Below, piece after piece: positions 49,804 through 60,700 of a stretch of 64,000 nucleotides of DNA; within the stretch, counting starts at the first letter, position 1, and each line of letters begins with the position of its first letter. The position numbers and the translations under genes were made by a program. Under the pieces are notes generated by a model. That model searched no databases. It was not told the DNA's origin and worked only from the letters and a program-made list of their open reading frames with translations. This DNA comes from a candidate division FCPU426 bacterium (GTDB lineage: Bacteria > Oederibacteriota > Muellerivitia > Muellerivitales > Muellerivitaceae): the NCBI GenBank assembly GCA_963796105.1, contig CAWCKJ010000004.1, positions 1,184,001-1,248,000 on the forward strand, given 5' to 3'.

Positions 49804-52800
49804 ATGAAAGGTCGTCATTTTAGCTTGAAACGTTATATACCGGTTATCGGGACCCTGTTCCTATGGGTCCTCACCCTTGGATTTTCCTGGGCCGGAACCT
49901 GCACGGTGGACGCCACCCAGACGAACCAATATATCCATTGCATCGGGGCCTCCAGCGCCTGGAGCGCCATCGGCAGCATGGGTCAAGCCCTCTTCGCCGA
50001 AGACAACGTGAATGGTCACATCGGGATTAGTTCCCTTAGGGCCAGGATCGACCCCAATAACAGCTTCTCGTCCGAAGTGAACCAGTTGGCGACCGCCCAT
50101 TCGGTCAATTCCAATGTCCTTCTATGGGCCACCGAGTGGTCTCCCCCGGCCCAATACAAGGCTAACAACAACGTCGATGGCGGGTCCAGCAACGATACCT
50201 TTTTGGGCGCCAGTTCCGGTTCCCCCAACAGCGCCGACACAGGGTTGGCTTCTTACCAAGTCTCGTTCATCCAATATTGCCAAAGCCATGGCGCCCCCCT
50301 TTACGCCCTTTCCATCCAGAACGAACCTAACTTCAACCCCACTTATGAAGCCTGTCTTTGGACGGCGGGGCAGTTTGATGTTTACGCAAATGCTTTCCAT
50401 AGCGCCCTCCAAAGCGCCGGTCTTTCGACCAAGATCATGCTCCCTGAGCCGGACAACACGGGGGGGATGAACCTAGCCTCGACCGCCATGGACGACTCTA
50501 CCGTGGCCCCCATGATCGGTATCATCGGGACCCATCTATATGGTTCCCCCGATCCGGCGCCCCTTTCTTCCTACGGCTTCACCCATGTGACGAACCAGGA
50601 ATGGTGGGAAACCGAGATGTCCGGGAATTCCACCGATATTCCGGGCGCGTTGCAGGAAGCGGGTTGGATCCACAACTCCCTGGTCAATTCCAATATGAAC
50701 GCTTTTCACTATTGGTGGCTCACGGACCTGATCAGCGGCAGCAGCTTCACCATCAAGGCCTATGCCTTGGGCAATTACAGCAAGTTCATCCGCCCCGGCT
50801 ATTACCGCATGGGCGCGACAGCGGTGCCCTCTTCCGGAGTGTCCGTGAGCGCTTTCAAGAACACGAATACTTCCTCGCCCCAGACGATCGTTTTCGTCGC
50901 CATCAACGGGAACAGTTCCTCCGTGAACCAAACCTTTTCGTTCAATGGGGTGAACGTCACGTCGGTAACCCCTTGGGTGACGGATAGCAGCAATAACCTG
51001 GTCGCGAAATCCCCCGTGGCCGTCTCAGGCGGCAGCTTCACTTATTCCTTGACCAGCTCCAGCATCACGAGTTTCGTGGGCGTGGTGAGCGGCGGCACCC
51101 CCGTCCCCACCGCCACTCCGACGTTCACTCCCACCCCGATCGTCTCTTCCACCTGGCGAGTCAACGCCGGGGGGCCGGCCTATACCGGTACCACGGGCCT
51201 TCTTTGGGCCGCGGATGAGAACTACAGCGGCGGATCCACCGCCGCGGAGGGTGGGGCCGTCACGGGCACTTCCGATTCCACCCTTTACGATACCCAGCGC
51301 TACGGCAGTAATTTCAGCTATTCGTTCAACGTCCCTGCCGGCGCCTACCAGGTCACCCTGAAATTCGCCGAAACCTATTCGGGTGATTTCGCGAACGGGG
51401 ACAGGGTTTTCAACGTCGCCATCAACGGAACAACGGTGTTAGCGAACCTGGACGTTTACTCGCAAGTGGGCGCCAACACGGCGGACGACAAGGTGATCAA
51501 CAATGTCTCCCCCAGCGGGGGAGTCATTACCATCCAGTTCACTGGAACTTCCAGCGCGGATACAAGCGCCATGGTGGAAGCCATCCAGGTCATTCCACAG
51601 CCGGCCACGCCGACGTCCACCTTTACGCCCACTTTAACCCGTACGGGGACGCCGACCTTTACCGCCACTCCGGCGGTAACGAATACGGCGACCTTCACTA
51701 GGACGAATACGGCAATCCCTCCGACGGCCACGAACACGAACAGTCCGGTTCCGCCGACCATTACCAACACCCCGGCGCCGCCGACGGTGACAAACACCCC
51801 GGCCCCACCTACGGCTACTGGCACGAACACGCCTGTGCCGCCCACGGCAACTAGCACGAACAGTCCGGTGCCGCCAACCATTACCAACACCCCGGCGCCC
51901 CCAACGGTGACGAATACGCCTGCTCCGCCTACGGCCACGTCCACCCGGACGAACACCCCGGTGCCGCCGACGGCCACGCCGACCGCAGTGGTTTCGGGCG
52001 CCAGCTTTGAGGTGCAGTTGTTGAGCTCCGTGACGTCCGCCACTACCAACAGCCCCCACCCCCAGATCCAGATTGTGAACACAGGGAGCGGGCCGTTGTC
52101 CTTGAACTCGGTGACCGTCAGGTACTGGTTCAATTGCGATTGCACCACCCAAACCATCCAGGCCTGGGTGGATTGGGCGGGTTTGGTACCCAGCGGTTCG
52201 ACCGTCTCGTCCAACGTGAAGGTGTCGTCGCAGTCGACCACCCTGGGAGGCCAGACCAGCTACATCCTGTACTCCTTCTCCGGCAACATGGTTCTTCAGC
52301 CGGGGCAGGCGATCCAGGTGCAAAGCCGGTTCAACAAGAGCGACTGGAGCAACTTTACCCAGTCCGAAGACTGGAGCTACGCGGCCAACACCAGTTACGC
52401 CAATGACTCCAAGGCCACGGGATACGTGAACGGCGCCCTGGTATGGGGCCAGGAGCCCTCCGGGACAGCCGCCAGCATGTCGGTTTCGAACGTGGCGGTC
52501 CAAACCCCGGCCGCGGGCCAAGGGTTATCGGTGAAGGCTTATCCGAACCCCTCCGCGGGCAATGGGGTCAACTTGTCGGTTACCCTTCCCGGCAATGGCG
52601 GCGGGGTTTCGGCCAGCGTCATGGCCAAGGTTTACACCCTGGAGGGCCGGTTGGTCTGGTCCACGGCAATGCCGGCTTCTTCCTCTGGCTCATCGGGCAA
52701 CCGTGCGGTTTATTGGAACGAGAAGGACCTGTCGGGGAATAACCTGGCCAACGGTCTTTACGTTGTGGCGGTTGTGGTGAAGTCCCAGGGAAAGACCAAT

Positions 52801-52833
52801 ACCGCCACGTTTAAACTTTTGATTCTGAAATGA
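49804..52833 (+). CDS. GH30 xylanase-like enzyme + malectin + Pro/Thr linker + CBM3 + C-terminal domain
   Basis: WSPP, SIQNEP, WETE and SKFIRPG; WRVNAGG malectin; VTVRYWF...DWSNFTQSEDWSY...LVWGQEP (CBM3); YPNP...LANGLY. Confidence 0.87.
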   Translation: MKGRHFSLKRYIPVIGTLFLWVLTLGFSWAGTCTVDATQTNQYIHCIGASSAWSAIGSMGQALFAEDNVNGHIGISSLRARIDPNNSFSSEVNQLATAHSVNSNVLLWATEWSPPAQYKANNNVDGGSSNDTFLGASSGSPNSADTGLASYQVSFIQYCQSHGAPLYALSIQNEPNFNPTYEACLWTAGQFDVYANAFHSALQSAGLSTKIMLPEPDNTGGMNLASTAMDDSTVAPMIGIIGTHLYGSPDPAPLSSYGFTHVTNQEWWETEMSGNSTDIPGALQEAGWIHNSLVNSNMNAFHYWWLTDLISGSSFTIKAYALGNYSKFIRPGYYRMGATAVPSSGVSVSAFKNTNTSSPQTIVFVAINGNSSSVNQTFSFNGVNVTSVTPWVTDSSNNLVAKSPVAVSGGSFTYSLTSSSITSFVGVVSGGTPVPTATPTFTPTPIVSSTWRVNAGGPAYTGTTGLLWAADENYSGGSTAAEGGAVTGTSDSTLYDTQRYGSNFSYSFNVPAGAYQVTLKFAETYSGDFANGDRVFNVAINGTTVLANLDVYSQVGANTADDKVINNVSPSGGVITIQFTGTSSADTSAMVEAIQVIPQPATPTSTFTPTLTRTGTPTFTATPAVTNTATFTRTNTAIPPTATNTNSPVPPTITNTPAPPTVTNTPAPPTATGTNTPVPPTATSTNSPVPPTITNTPAPPTVTNTPAPPTATSTRTNTPVPPTATPTAVVSGASFEVQLLSSVTSATTNSPHPQIQIVNTGSGPLSLNSVTVRYWFNCDCTTQTIQAWVDWAGLVPSGSTVSSNVKVSSQSTTLGGQTSYILYSFSGNMVLQPGQAIQVQSRFNKSDWSNFTQSEDWSYAANTSYANDSKATGYVNGALVWGQEPSGTAASMSVSNVAVQTPAAGQGLSVKAYPNPSAGNGVNLSVTLPGNGGGVSASVMAKVYTLEGRLVWSTAMPASSSGSSGNRAVYWNEKDLSGNNLANGLYVVAVVVKSQGKTNTATFKLLILK

Positions 52834-53050
52834 AGGTTTTTACAAACAGTTGAAGTAGTCCCCGGATAACCTCCTGGGGTACGTGAAAGTCACGCCAGTG
52901 AAAAAAAGAGTTTCCTGGCTGGGACTGAAGCGCTCCCCTGGAGGTTTTTGGGTTTCAGAACAGCGGATAAAGAAATACTACATAGAGTCAGAGCAGGTTG
53001 AATAAAAGTCTTTCCAAACGGGTTGAAAAGAAAATTTTAAGGAGTCGTGG

Positions 53051-55783
53051 ATGAAAATTTTCAAAGCAGTGTTGCCAAGCCTCATCATCCTGGTGCTGGG
53101 GGCGAACGTCTCCGCGCTTTATGCCCAGACCATTCCCACCTCGTTTTCATGGACATCGACCGGCCCCCTCATCAGCCCCAAGAATGACTCTACCCACAAT
53201 ATGATCGCGGTCAAGGACCCATCCACCGTCTACTACAACGGCCAATACATTGTTTACGCCTCCTCTGTCAACTCCGCGGGCAACTACGGAATGGAATACC
53301 TGCACTTCACCGACTGGAGCCAGACCGGCGCCGCGACGCCTTATTTCATGGATAGCAATCCCAATATCGGGAGTGGTTATCACACCGCGCCCCAGGTGTT
53401 CTATTTCGCCCCGCAGAAAAAGTGGTACCTGATCTTCCAGAGCGGCCAGCCGCAGTACTCCACCAACAGCGACCCCACCCAGCCCCAGAACTGGACCACT
53501 CCGACCAATTTCTTCGCGTCCCAGCCTTCGAGCGTGAGCAATTGGATTGATTTCTGGATTATCAGCGATTCTTCTAATGTCTATCTCTTCTTCTGCGGCG
53601 ATAACGGCAACTTCTACCGCAGTTCGACATCCCTCGCGAACTTTCCCAATGGTTTCAATACTCCCGTTATCGTCTACTCTGATTCCGAGTTCAATCTCTT
53701 CGAGGCCGACAACGTCTATACCGTCGAGCAAACCGGCACCTACCTGGCCGACATTGAATGCATCGGCAGCGACGGGCACCGATTCTTCCGCGCCTTGACT
53801 GCCACGACCCTCGGCGGCACCTGGACCTCCCTTGGCAATACGGCCAGCCTCAATACTCCTTTTTTAGGGGCTCACAACGTCACCTTCCAATCCGGCGTCT
53901 CTAGCTGGACCAGCGACTTCAGCAGCGGCGGGGCAGTGATCGACGGCTATGACTCAACCGATTCCATCAACCTCAACAACCTGACGTTTCTCTACCAAGG
54001 CGACGTTCCCAATAGTGACTCCTACAATCTGATTCCCTGGCAACTCGCTCTGGTGACTTCCAAGGCCAATACGACGACTAACCCGACCGCTACCTTTACA
54101 TTCACCCATACCAACACGCCTGTGCCGCCGACGTTCACTCCCACCCCGATCGTCTCTTCCACCTGGCGAGTCAACGCCGGGGGGCCGGCCTATACCGGTA
54201 CCACGGGCCTTCTTTGGGCCGCGGATGAGAACTACAGCGGCGGATCCACCGCCGCGGAGGGTGGGGCCGTCACGGGCACTTCCGATTCCACCCTTTACGA
54301 TACCCAGCGCTACGGGAACAGCTTCAGCTATTCGTTCAACGTCCCAGCCGGCGCCTACCAGGTCACCCTGAAATTCGCCGAAAACTATTCGGGTGATTTC
54401 GCGAACGGGGACAGGGTTTTCAACGTCGCCATCAACGGAACAACGGTGTTAGCAAACCTGGATGTTTACGCCCAAGTGGGCTCCAACACGGCGGACGACA
54501 AGGTGATCAACAATGTCTCCCCCAGCGGGGGAGTCATTACCATCCAGTTCACTGGAACTTCCAGCGCGGATACCAGCGCCATGGTGGAAGCCATCCAGGT
54601 CATTCCACAGCCGGCCACGCCGACGTCCACCTTTACGCCCACATTGACCCGCACGGGGACGCCGACTTTTACCTCCACTCCGGCGGTAACGAATACGGCG
54701 ACCTTCACTAGGACGAATACGGCAATCCCTCCGACGGCCACGAAGACGAACAGTCCGGTTCCGCCGACCATTACCAACACCCCGGCGCCGCCGACGGTGA
54801 CAAACACCCCGGCCCCACCTACGGCTACTGGCACGAACACGCCTGTGCCGCCCACGGCAACTAGCACGAACACCCCGGTGCCGCCGACCGCCACGAGGAC
54901 TAATACTCCCGTGCCGCCGACGGCCACGCCGACCGCAGTGGTTTCGGGCGCCAGCTTTGAGGTGCAGTTGTTGAGCTCCGTGACGTCCGCCACTACCAAC
55001 AGCCCCCACCCCCAGATCCAGATTGTGAACATCGGGAGCGGGCCGTTGTCCTTGAACTCGGTGACCGTCAGGTACTGGTTCAATTGCGATTGCACCACCC
55101 AAACCATCCAGGCCTGGGTGGATTGGGCGGGTTTGGTACCCAGCGGTTCGACCGTCTCGTCCAACGTGAAGGTGTCGTCGCAGTCGACCACCCTGGGAGG
55201 CCAGACCAGTTACATCCTGTATTCCTTCTCCGGCAACATGGTCCTTCAGCCGGGGCAGGCGATCCAGGTGCAAAGCCGGTTCAACAAGAGCGACTGGAGC
55301 AACTTTACCCAGTCCGAAGACTGGAGCTACGCGGCCAACACCAGTTACGCCAATGACTCCAAGGCCACGGGATACATGAACGGCGCCCTGGTATGGGGCC
55401 AGGAGCCCTCTGGGACAGCCGCCAGCATGTCGGTATCGAACGTGGCGGTCCAGACCCCGGCTGCGGGCCAAGGGTTATCGGTGAAGGCTTACCCGAACCC
55501 TTCCGCGGGCAATGGGGTCAACTTGTCGGTTACCCTTCCCGGCAATGGCGGCGGGGCTTCGTCCAGCGTCATGGCCAAGGTTTACACCCTGGAGGGCCGG
55601 TTGGTCTGGTCCACGGCAATGCCGGCTTCTTCCTCTGGCTCATCGGGCAACCGTGCGGTTTATTGGAACGAGAAGGACCTGTCGGGGAATAACCTGGCCA
55701 ACGGTCTTTACGTTGTGGCGGTTGTGGTGAAGTCCCAGGGAAAGACCAGCACGGCTTTCTCGAAAGTGTTGATCCTTCGATAG
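53051..55783 (+). CDS. GH62 alpha-L-arabinofuranosidase + malectin + CBM3 + C-terminal domain
   Basis: FSWTSTGPLI, KDPS, APQVFYFAPQKKWYL, IDFWII, LFEADNVY and FLYQG. Confidence 0.87.
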   Translation: MKIFKAVLPSLIILVLGANVSALYAQTIPTSFSWTSTGPLISPKNDSTHNMIAVKDPSTVYYNGQYIVYASSVNSAGNYGMEYLHFTDWSQTGAATPYFMDSNPNIGSGYHTAPQVFYFAPQKKWYLIFQSGQPQYSTNSDPTQPQNWTTPTNFFASQPSSVSNWIDFWIISDSSNVYLFFCGDNGNFYRSSTSLANFPNGFNTPVIVYSDSEFNLFEADNVYTVEQTGTYLADIECIGSDGHRFFRALTATTLGGTWTSLGNTASLNTPFLGAHNVTFQSGVSSWTSDFSSGGAVIDGYDSTDSINLNNLTFLYQGDVPNSDSYNLIPWQLALVTSKANTTTNPTATFTFTHTNTPVPPTFTPTPIVSSTWRVNAGGPAYTGTTGLLWAADENYSGGSTAAEGGAVTGTSDSTLYDTQRYGNSFSYSFNVPAGAYQVTLKFAENYSGDFANGDRVFNVAINGTTVLANLDVYAQVGSNTADDKVINNVSPSGGVITIQFTGTSSADTSAMVEAIQVIPQPATPTSTFTPTLTRTGTPTFTSTPAVTNTATFTRTNTAIPPTATKTNSPVPPTITNTPAPPTVTNTPAPPTATGTNTPVPPTATSTNTPVPPTATRTNTPVPPTATPTAVVSGASFEVQLLSSVTSATTNSPHPQIQIVNIGSGPLSLNSVTVRYWFNCDCTTQTIQAWVDWAGLVPSGSTVSSNVKVSSQSTTLGGQTSYILYSFSGNMVLQPGQAIQVQSRFNKSDWSNFTQSEDWSYAANTSYANDSKATGYMNGALVWGQEPSGTAASMSVSNVAVQTPAAGQGLSVKAYPNPSAGNGVNLSVTLPGNGGGASSSVMAKVYTLEGRLVWSTAMPASSSGSSGNRAVYWNEKDLSGNNLANGLYVVAVVVKSQGKTSTAFSKVLILR

Positions 55784-55837
55784 ATATCCTTAGGCCAAAT
55801 TGAGGTTTTAGACGGACCCAGCCTCATCTTGTAAGAT

Positions 55838-57679
55838 ATGCCTATGCCTTCTTCTCCTAAACGCAATACAAAGACAGATTTTCCCCCATTTGCCGGGGGC
55901 GCAAGGGACTTAAGTCTTACCCTTTACGTGCGCATTCACAATCTCTTCGCCACCTACTTGAATTTGAATTGCTTCTACGTTTCCGCCGAGAATCTTTCCG
56001 AATGGTTGCCCCTCTTCTACAGCAGCAACATTCTGCACAACCCCACCCACTACGAATCTCTCTTCGGCAAGAATCAGGACCGGGCCCGGTTCAACGAGTT
56101 GAACCTTGAACGTCTGCGCAGGGAACGGAAGACCATCGTCGCGAAGCACCGGGGCTTTTGCGACATCTACACGCCGGTGGTTGTGGAGGGAGTCTTCCGC
56201 GGTTTCCTCGCCTCCGGGTCTTTCGTGCGTGATCCCTTTACTGAAAACGAGATCGGCCGGCGATGGACCGACTTGTCCGGGCGCCGCGCCAATACGCCCG
56301 ATCCGGACTTCCTGGGCTACGCGCGCATGGCGCTCGACACGGTTGTTTTGTCCAAACCCGTCCTGGACGGGTTCAAGGAAGTGCTGGAGATGCTCGCGGA
56401 CTACCTTTGCGGCCGGGCGGATTCGCGAATGGCGAAACGGTTGGAGGATCTGCGCAAGGGATGCATTTCGCACGGATTGCCCCATGCCGTCTGGATGGAC
56501 TTCATGCTGGGTTTAAACCAGTTCCACCCGAGGGTGAACTTGGACGGCGAACCCAATTGGTGGGAGAGGGAAGAACTGGGGATTACGCGCTACCCCACTA
56601 CGGTCCTGGCAGTCACCCAATCGGCACCCAACCTGGAACGGTGGTCCACATTAGGGTCCATGGTCGGCGCCACGCGGCTTCAATGGGAAGCCCTTCGGGC
56701 GGCCCGTGAGTTTCCCGAGACAGTGGCAGGCCGGTTGGAGGATTATGGCGCGCTGTTCGTTACATCCGCCTTGCCGTCAAAGGGGAAGGTTCAGGCTAAA
56801 CTGGAGATTCGTGACCGAGCGGAAGCCATCCGACAGCGCCTGGAAAAGCGGACAGGGTTGAAACTGGTGGCGGGGATCGGGTCCACCCTAGCGCCCGGCG
56901 CGAAACTCGTGGAATCCCGTCTCCAAGCCGTGATGGCCATGAACCTCGCGGCCTCAACCGGCCGATCCGCGGTCTTTTACGAGGAAGACGCCCAAAAGAT
57001 CCTGCAGGGGAAGGGCCGTGGCCTCCGCCCAGCGCTCGCCTGGTTGAGAAAGGCATACCGGAGCGGCTCATTGAAGGACCGCGAGGCGGCCCGGGCGGAG
57101 TTCGTCCGCCAGGCGCTCCTCTACTCCCATGAGCGGCACGAGAGCGTCCGGGCCCATCTCTTGGAGGCAAGCTTCATGCTGATTGATTCACTGCGCGAAA
57201 TCACCCTCGACCCGGCCCAGGCGGAGGGCCTGGCGGGCCTGGTGGAGGAACGCCTTCTCCAGGCTTCCACCCTTCAAGACATGCTATCGGCCTTCCAGGA
57301 TTGGCTTGACCGAATCGGCAAAACCGGGGACCGGCCCATAGAGGGGAAGCGCCTGGCCCGCATGGAGGAAGTGAAACAGTATGTGGACCGGCATTATGGC
57401 GGGATGATCCGGCTCAAGGACCTCGCGGGAAAGGCGGGTCTTTCCGAACCCGCTTTCCTGAGGGGATTCCGCCGGACGACGGGGCAGGGTTTCTCGAAGT
57501 ATTTGCAGGCCCTGCGGATGGATGAGGCCAAGCGTCTGCTCCGTGCCAGCCCCCTTTCGGTCGAACGCGTGGCCCAGGAGAGCGGGTTCAATTCGGCCAG
57601 TTATTTCGTCCAGGCGTTTAAACGGGCCACCGGCCTCACTCCCGGGGCCTTCCGGGACAAAGGCAACCCTGCCGCCTAA
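55838..57679 (+). CDS. AraC-family regulator with large N-terminal (PocR-like) sensor region
   Basis: C-terminal LRMDEAKRLL...VAQESGFNSASYF; shares REELGITRYPT, LEDYGA and VQAKLEIRD with the 37666 paralogue. Confidence 0.85.
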   Translation: MPMPSSPKRNTKTDFPPFAGGARDLSLTLYVRIHNLFATYLNLNCFYVSAENLSEWLPLFYSSNILHNPTHYESLFGKNQDRARFNELNLERLRRERKTIVAKHRGFCDIYTPVVVEGVFRGFLASGSFVRDPFTENEIGRRWTDLSGRRANTPDPDFLGYARMALDTVVLSKPVLDGFKEVLEMLADYLCGRADSRMAKRLEDLRKGCISHGLPHAVWMDFMLGLNQFHPRVNLDGEPNWWEREELGITRYPTTVLAVTQSAPNLERWSTLGSMVGATRLQWEALRAAREFPETVAGRLEDYGALFVTSALPSKGKVQAKLEIRDRAEAIRQRLEKRTGLKLVAGIGSTLAPGAKLVESRLQAVMAMNLAASTGRSAVFYEEDAQKILQGKGRGLRPALAWLRKAYRSGSLKDREAARAEFVRQALLYSHERHESVRAHLLEASFMLIDSLREITLDPAQAEGLAGLVEERLLQASTLQDMLSAFQDWLDRIGKTGDRPIEGKRLARMEEVKQYVDRHYGGMIRLKDLAGKAGLSEPAFLRGFRRTTGQGFSKYLQALRMDEAKRLLRASPLSVERVAQESGFNSASYFVQAFKRATGLTPGAFRDKGNPAA

Positions 57680-57687
57680 GGTAAAAG

Positions 57688-57742
57688 TATAAACAGATAG
57701 TTTGTTTTTTATAAATCATCCGTCTTCCCCTTGCGGTACCTT
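57688..57742 (+). promoter_or_regulatory. Direct-repeat operator upstream of the second GH74 gene
   Basis: TATAAAC-N15-TATAAATC then GGTACCTT, matching the 39557 arrangement. Confidence 0.5.
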
Positions 57743-57785
57743 TACGAGGATCTCCGGCTTTCCAGGCTGACACCTCAGGGGTACT

Positions 57786-60700
57786 ATGCGGTTGATTCGA
57801 GTTAAAAACGATTTTCTTTCCAGGCCTATTCCTGAAAGGGTTTTCAGGCCCCTCCTCTGCGCCGCGCTCGCCTTTTTCGCCACCAGCTCATTTGTTTACG
57901 GGCAGTCTTATACTTGGAAAAACGTCGTGACGCCCGCGGGCGGTACCATCACGGGAATCGCCTACAGCCGGGCTTTGCAGGGCCTTATCTACGCACGTAC
58001 GGACATGGGCGGGGCCTATCGTTGGGACAACACCAACAATGTCTGGGTCCCCTTGACCGATTGGCTGGGCGATTGGAACCTCTACGGCATCGAGAGCATC
58101 GCGCCCGATCCCGTCAACTCCAACGTGGTTTACGCGGCCATCGGCCAAACCTATTCAGGAACGACCGGCTACGTCATCGCGTCCTCTAACCAGGGCGCTA
58201 GTTGGACCCAATATTCCATCCCGGTTTCCATCGGCGCCAACAACGGCGGCAACGATGCGGGGGAAAGGCTGGCGGTCGACCCCAACCTTACTTCTATCCT
58301 GTATTTCGGAACGCGGTACAACGGCCTTTGGAAAAGCACCAACTCGGCCGCTAGTTGGAGCCAGGTGACTTCCTTCCCGGTGAACGGCGACTCAGGCTAC
58401 GGGCTTTCCTGGGTCCTCTTCGACACCCACGGCACTTCGGGTTCGGCCTCGGCGACGATCTACGTCGGGGTCGAAGCGACCAATTCGGGCAACAGCAACG
58501 TATATCGTTCCACGAACGGCGGAACCAGTTGGGCCGTTATTCCGGGCGGGCCAACCTCCATGATCACCATCCAGGGCTCCCTGGGGACCGACGGGAACCT
58601 TTGGATGAGCTACGACGACAGCAACAGTTACGGAACCGGTCAGATATGGAAGCTCAACTCCAGCACGCTGGCCTGGACCAACGTGACCCCTTCTAACGGT
58701 CCCGGGAGCGGCAGCGGCGGTTACAGTGGGGTCTGCGTGGACGCTGAGAACGCCAACCACGCCGTGGTCTCCACCATGGATTGGTGGGGCGGGCCCGACA
58801 AGGGATTCCAAACCACCAACGGCGGGACTTCCTGGAACGTCATTACAAACGTGCAAAACAGTTGGGATGCGGGCCCTTACGCCAACTACAACAACAATGG
58901 GGTGACTTGGACCCGTTTTTGCAGCACCTATGACGGCGGGGCCTGGTACATGAACTGCATCAGGATCGACCCTTTCAATTCCAACAACGCCGTCTACACG
59001 ACGGGGGGAGGTCTCTGGACCACGACGAATGTCGAAGCCTCATCCCAACCTGCGGGCGTCACCTGGACCTTCACGGACTACGGGATCGAGCAGACCGCGG
59101 TCCTGTTCCTCAACGCATCCTCCATGCCCGGGACCTTCTTCAGCGCCTTGGGAGACATCACCGGAATGAGGTATACCGACCTCACCAAGCCCGCCAGCAA
59201 CATGTACTGCAACCCCCATGTCGGGAATTCCAACTGCCTCGATTTCGCCGAGTTGAACGTGAACGACGTGGTGCGGGTGGGGGCCAGCGGAGCGGTGACG
59301 ACCGACGCGGCCTATTCCGCCAACAACGGACAGTCCTGGACGCCCTGGACCAACACCCCCCCGGGCTACACCACGGACAACGAGATGGGCTCCGTGGCGA
59401 TTTCCGCCGACGGTTCCCACGTGGTCGTGTCGCCCCAAAACGGGTACGGGTCACCGGCTTACGCCTCCTCCCTCGGCGGCGCCTGGACCACCTGTACCGG
59501 CCTTCCCAGCGGAGCCATGCTGGCCTCCGACCGGGCCAATGCCTCCACGATCTACGCCACCAGCGGAAGCACCCTCTACGTCAGCGCTAATTACGGGGCC
59601 AGCTTCAGCACGGTCAACAGCTTTTCAGGGAGCGGTGCCCCCCGGGCGGTTTTCGGGGTGGCCGGGGAAGTCTGGGTGGCCACGGGCAGCGGTCTTTACC
59701 GCTTTACCAACGCGGGGTCCACCCTGGCCACCATTTCCAACGTCACTTCCTCCAACTCGGTGGGGTTCGGCAAGGCCGCCGGCGGCCAGACCCATCCGGC
59801 GGTCTATCTGACGGGCACCTACAATGGGACCTACGGGTTTTACCGATGCGACGACGGGGTAGGGACAACTTGGACGCGAATCAACGACAATAACCACCAA
59901 TACGGTTATGGAGCCTGGTGCGAAGGGGACGAGGCCATCTATGGTCGGGTCTATGTCGGCACGAACGGCCGCGGGGTTGTCTATGGGGACATGCTGGCGA
60001 CCACGCCGACCATCACCCCCACAATGACCAGGACGTTCACCCCCGCCAATACGCCGACGCCAACCTCCACCGCGACCCGGACGAATACTTTTACCAGCAC
60101 CTCCACAAGTACCGCGACGGCCACTCTTACCCCGACCAGGACGAATACATTAACTTATACAGCCACGAATACGACAACCTACACATCGACCGCCACTCGA
60201 ACGAACACCGCCACCAGCACAGCCACTAATACGGCTACTTTTTCCTCTACCTCGACAAGGACTAATACGCCGACTAATACGGTAACATCCACACCCACGA
60301 ATTCTCCAACCAACACTGTCACGAATACGGCGACGGCCACACCAACTCCAACTAGGACGAATTCACCCACCTATACAGTCACGCTTACACCCACGAATAC
60401 TCCGACTAGCACCTCCACGAGCACGGCAACAGCCACACCCACCGCGACCCGGACGAACACGCCGACGGCTTCGAGTACGACGACTCCTACGTCGTCTCCT
60501 ACATTTACCTCTTCGCCAACACCTACCCCCACAACCACCCCCACGAATACGCCGACAAGAACCCTAACTCCTACCCCCACTTCCACACCCACCCCTACCC
60601 CAACCTCCACCAATAGCCCCACATCCACCCCAACCAGGACCCCCACTCCCACCCCGACGACAACCCCTACTCCCACACCAACCAATACTTTAACCCCCAC

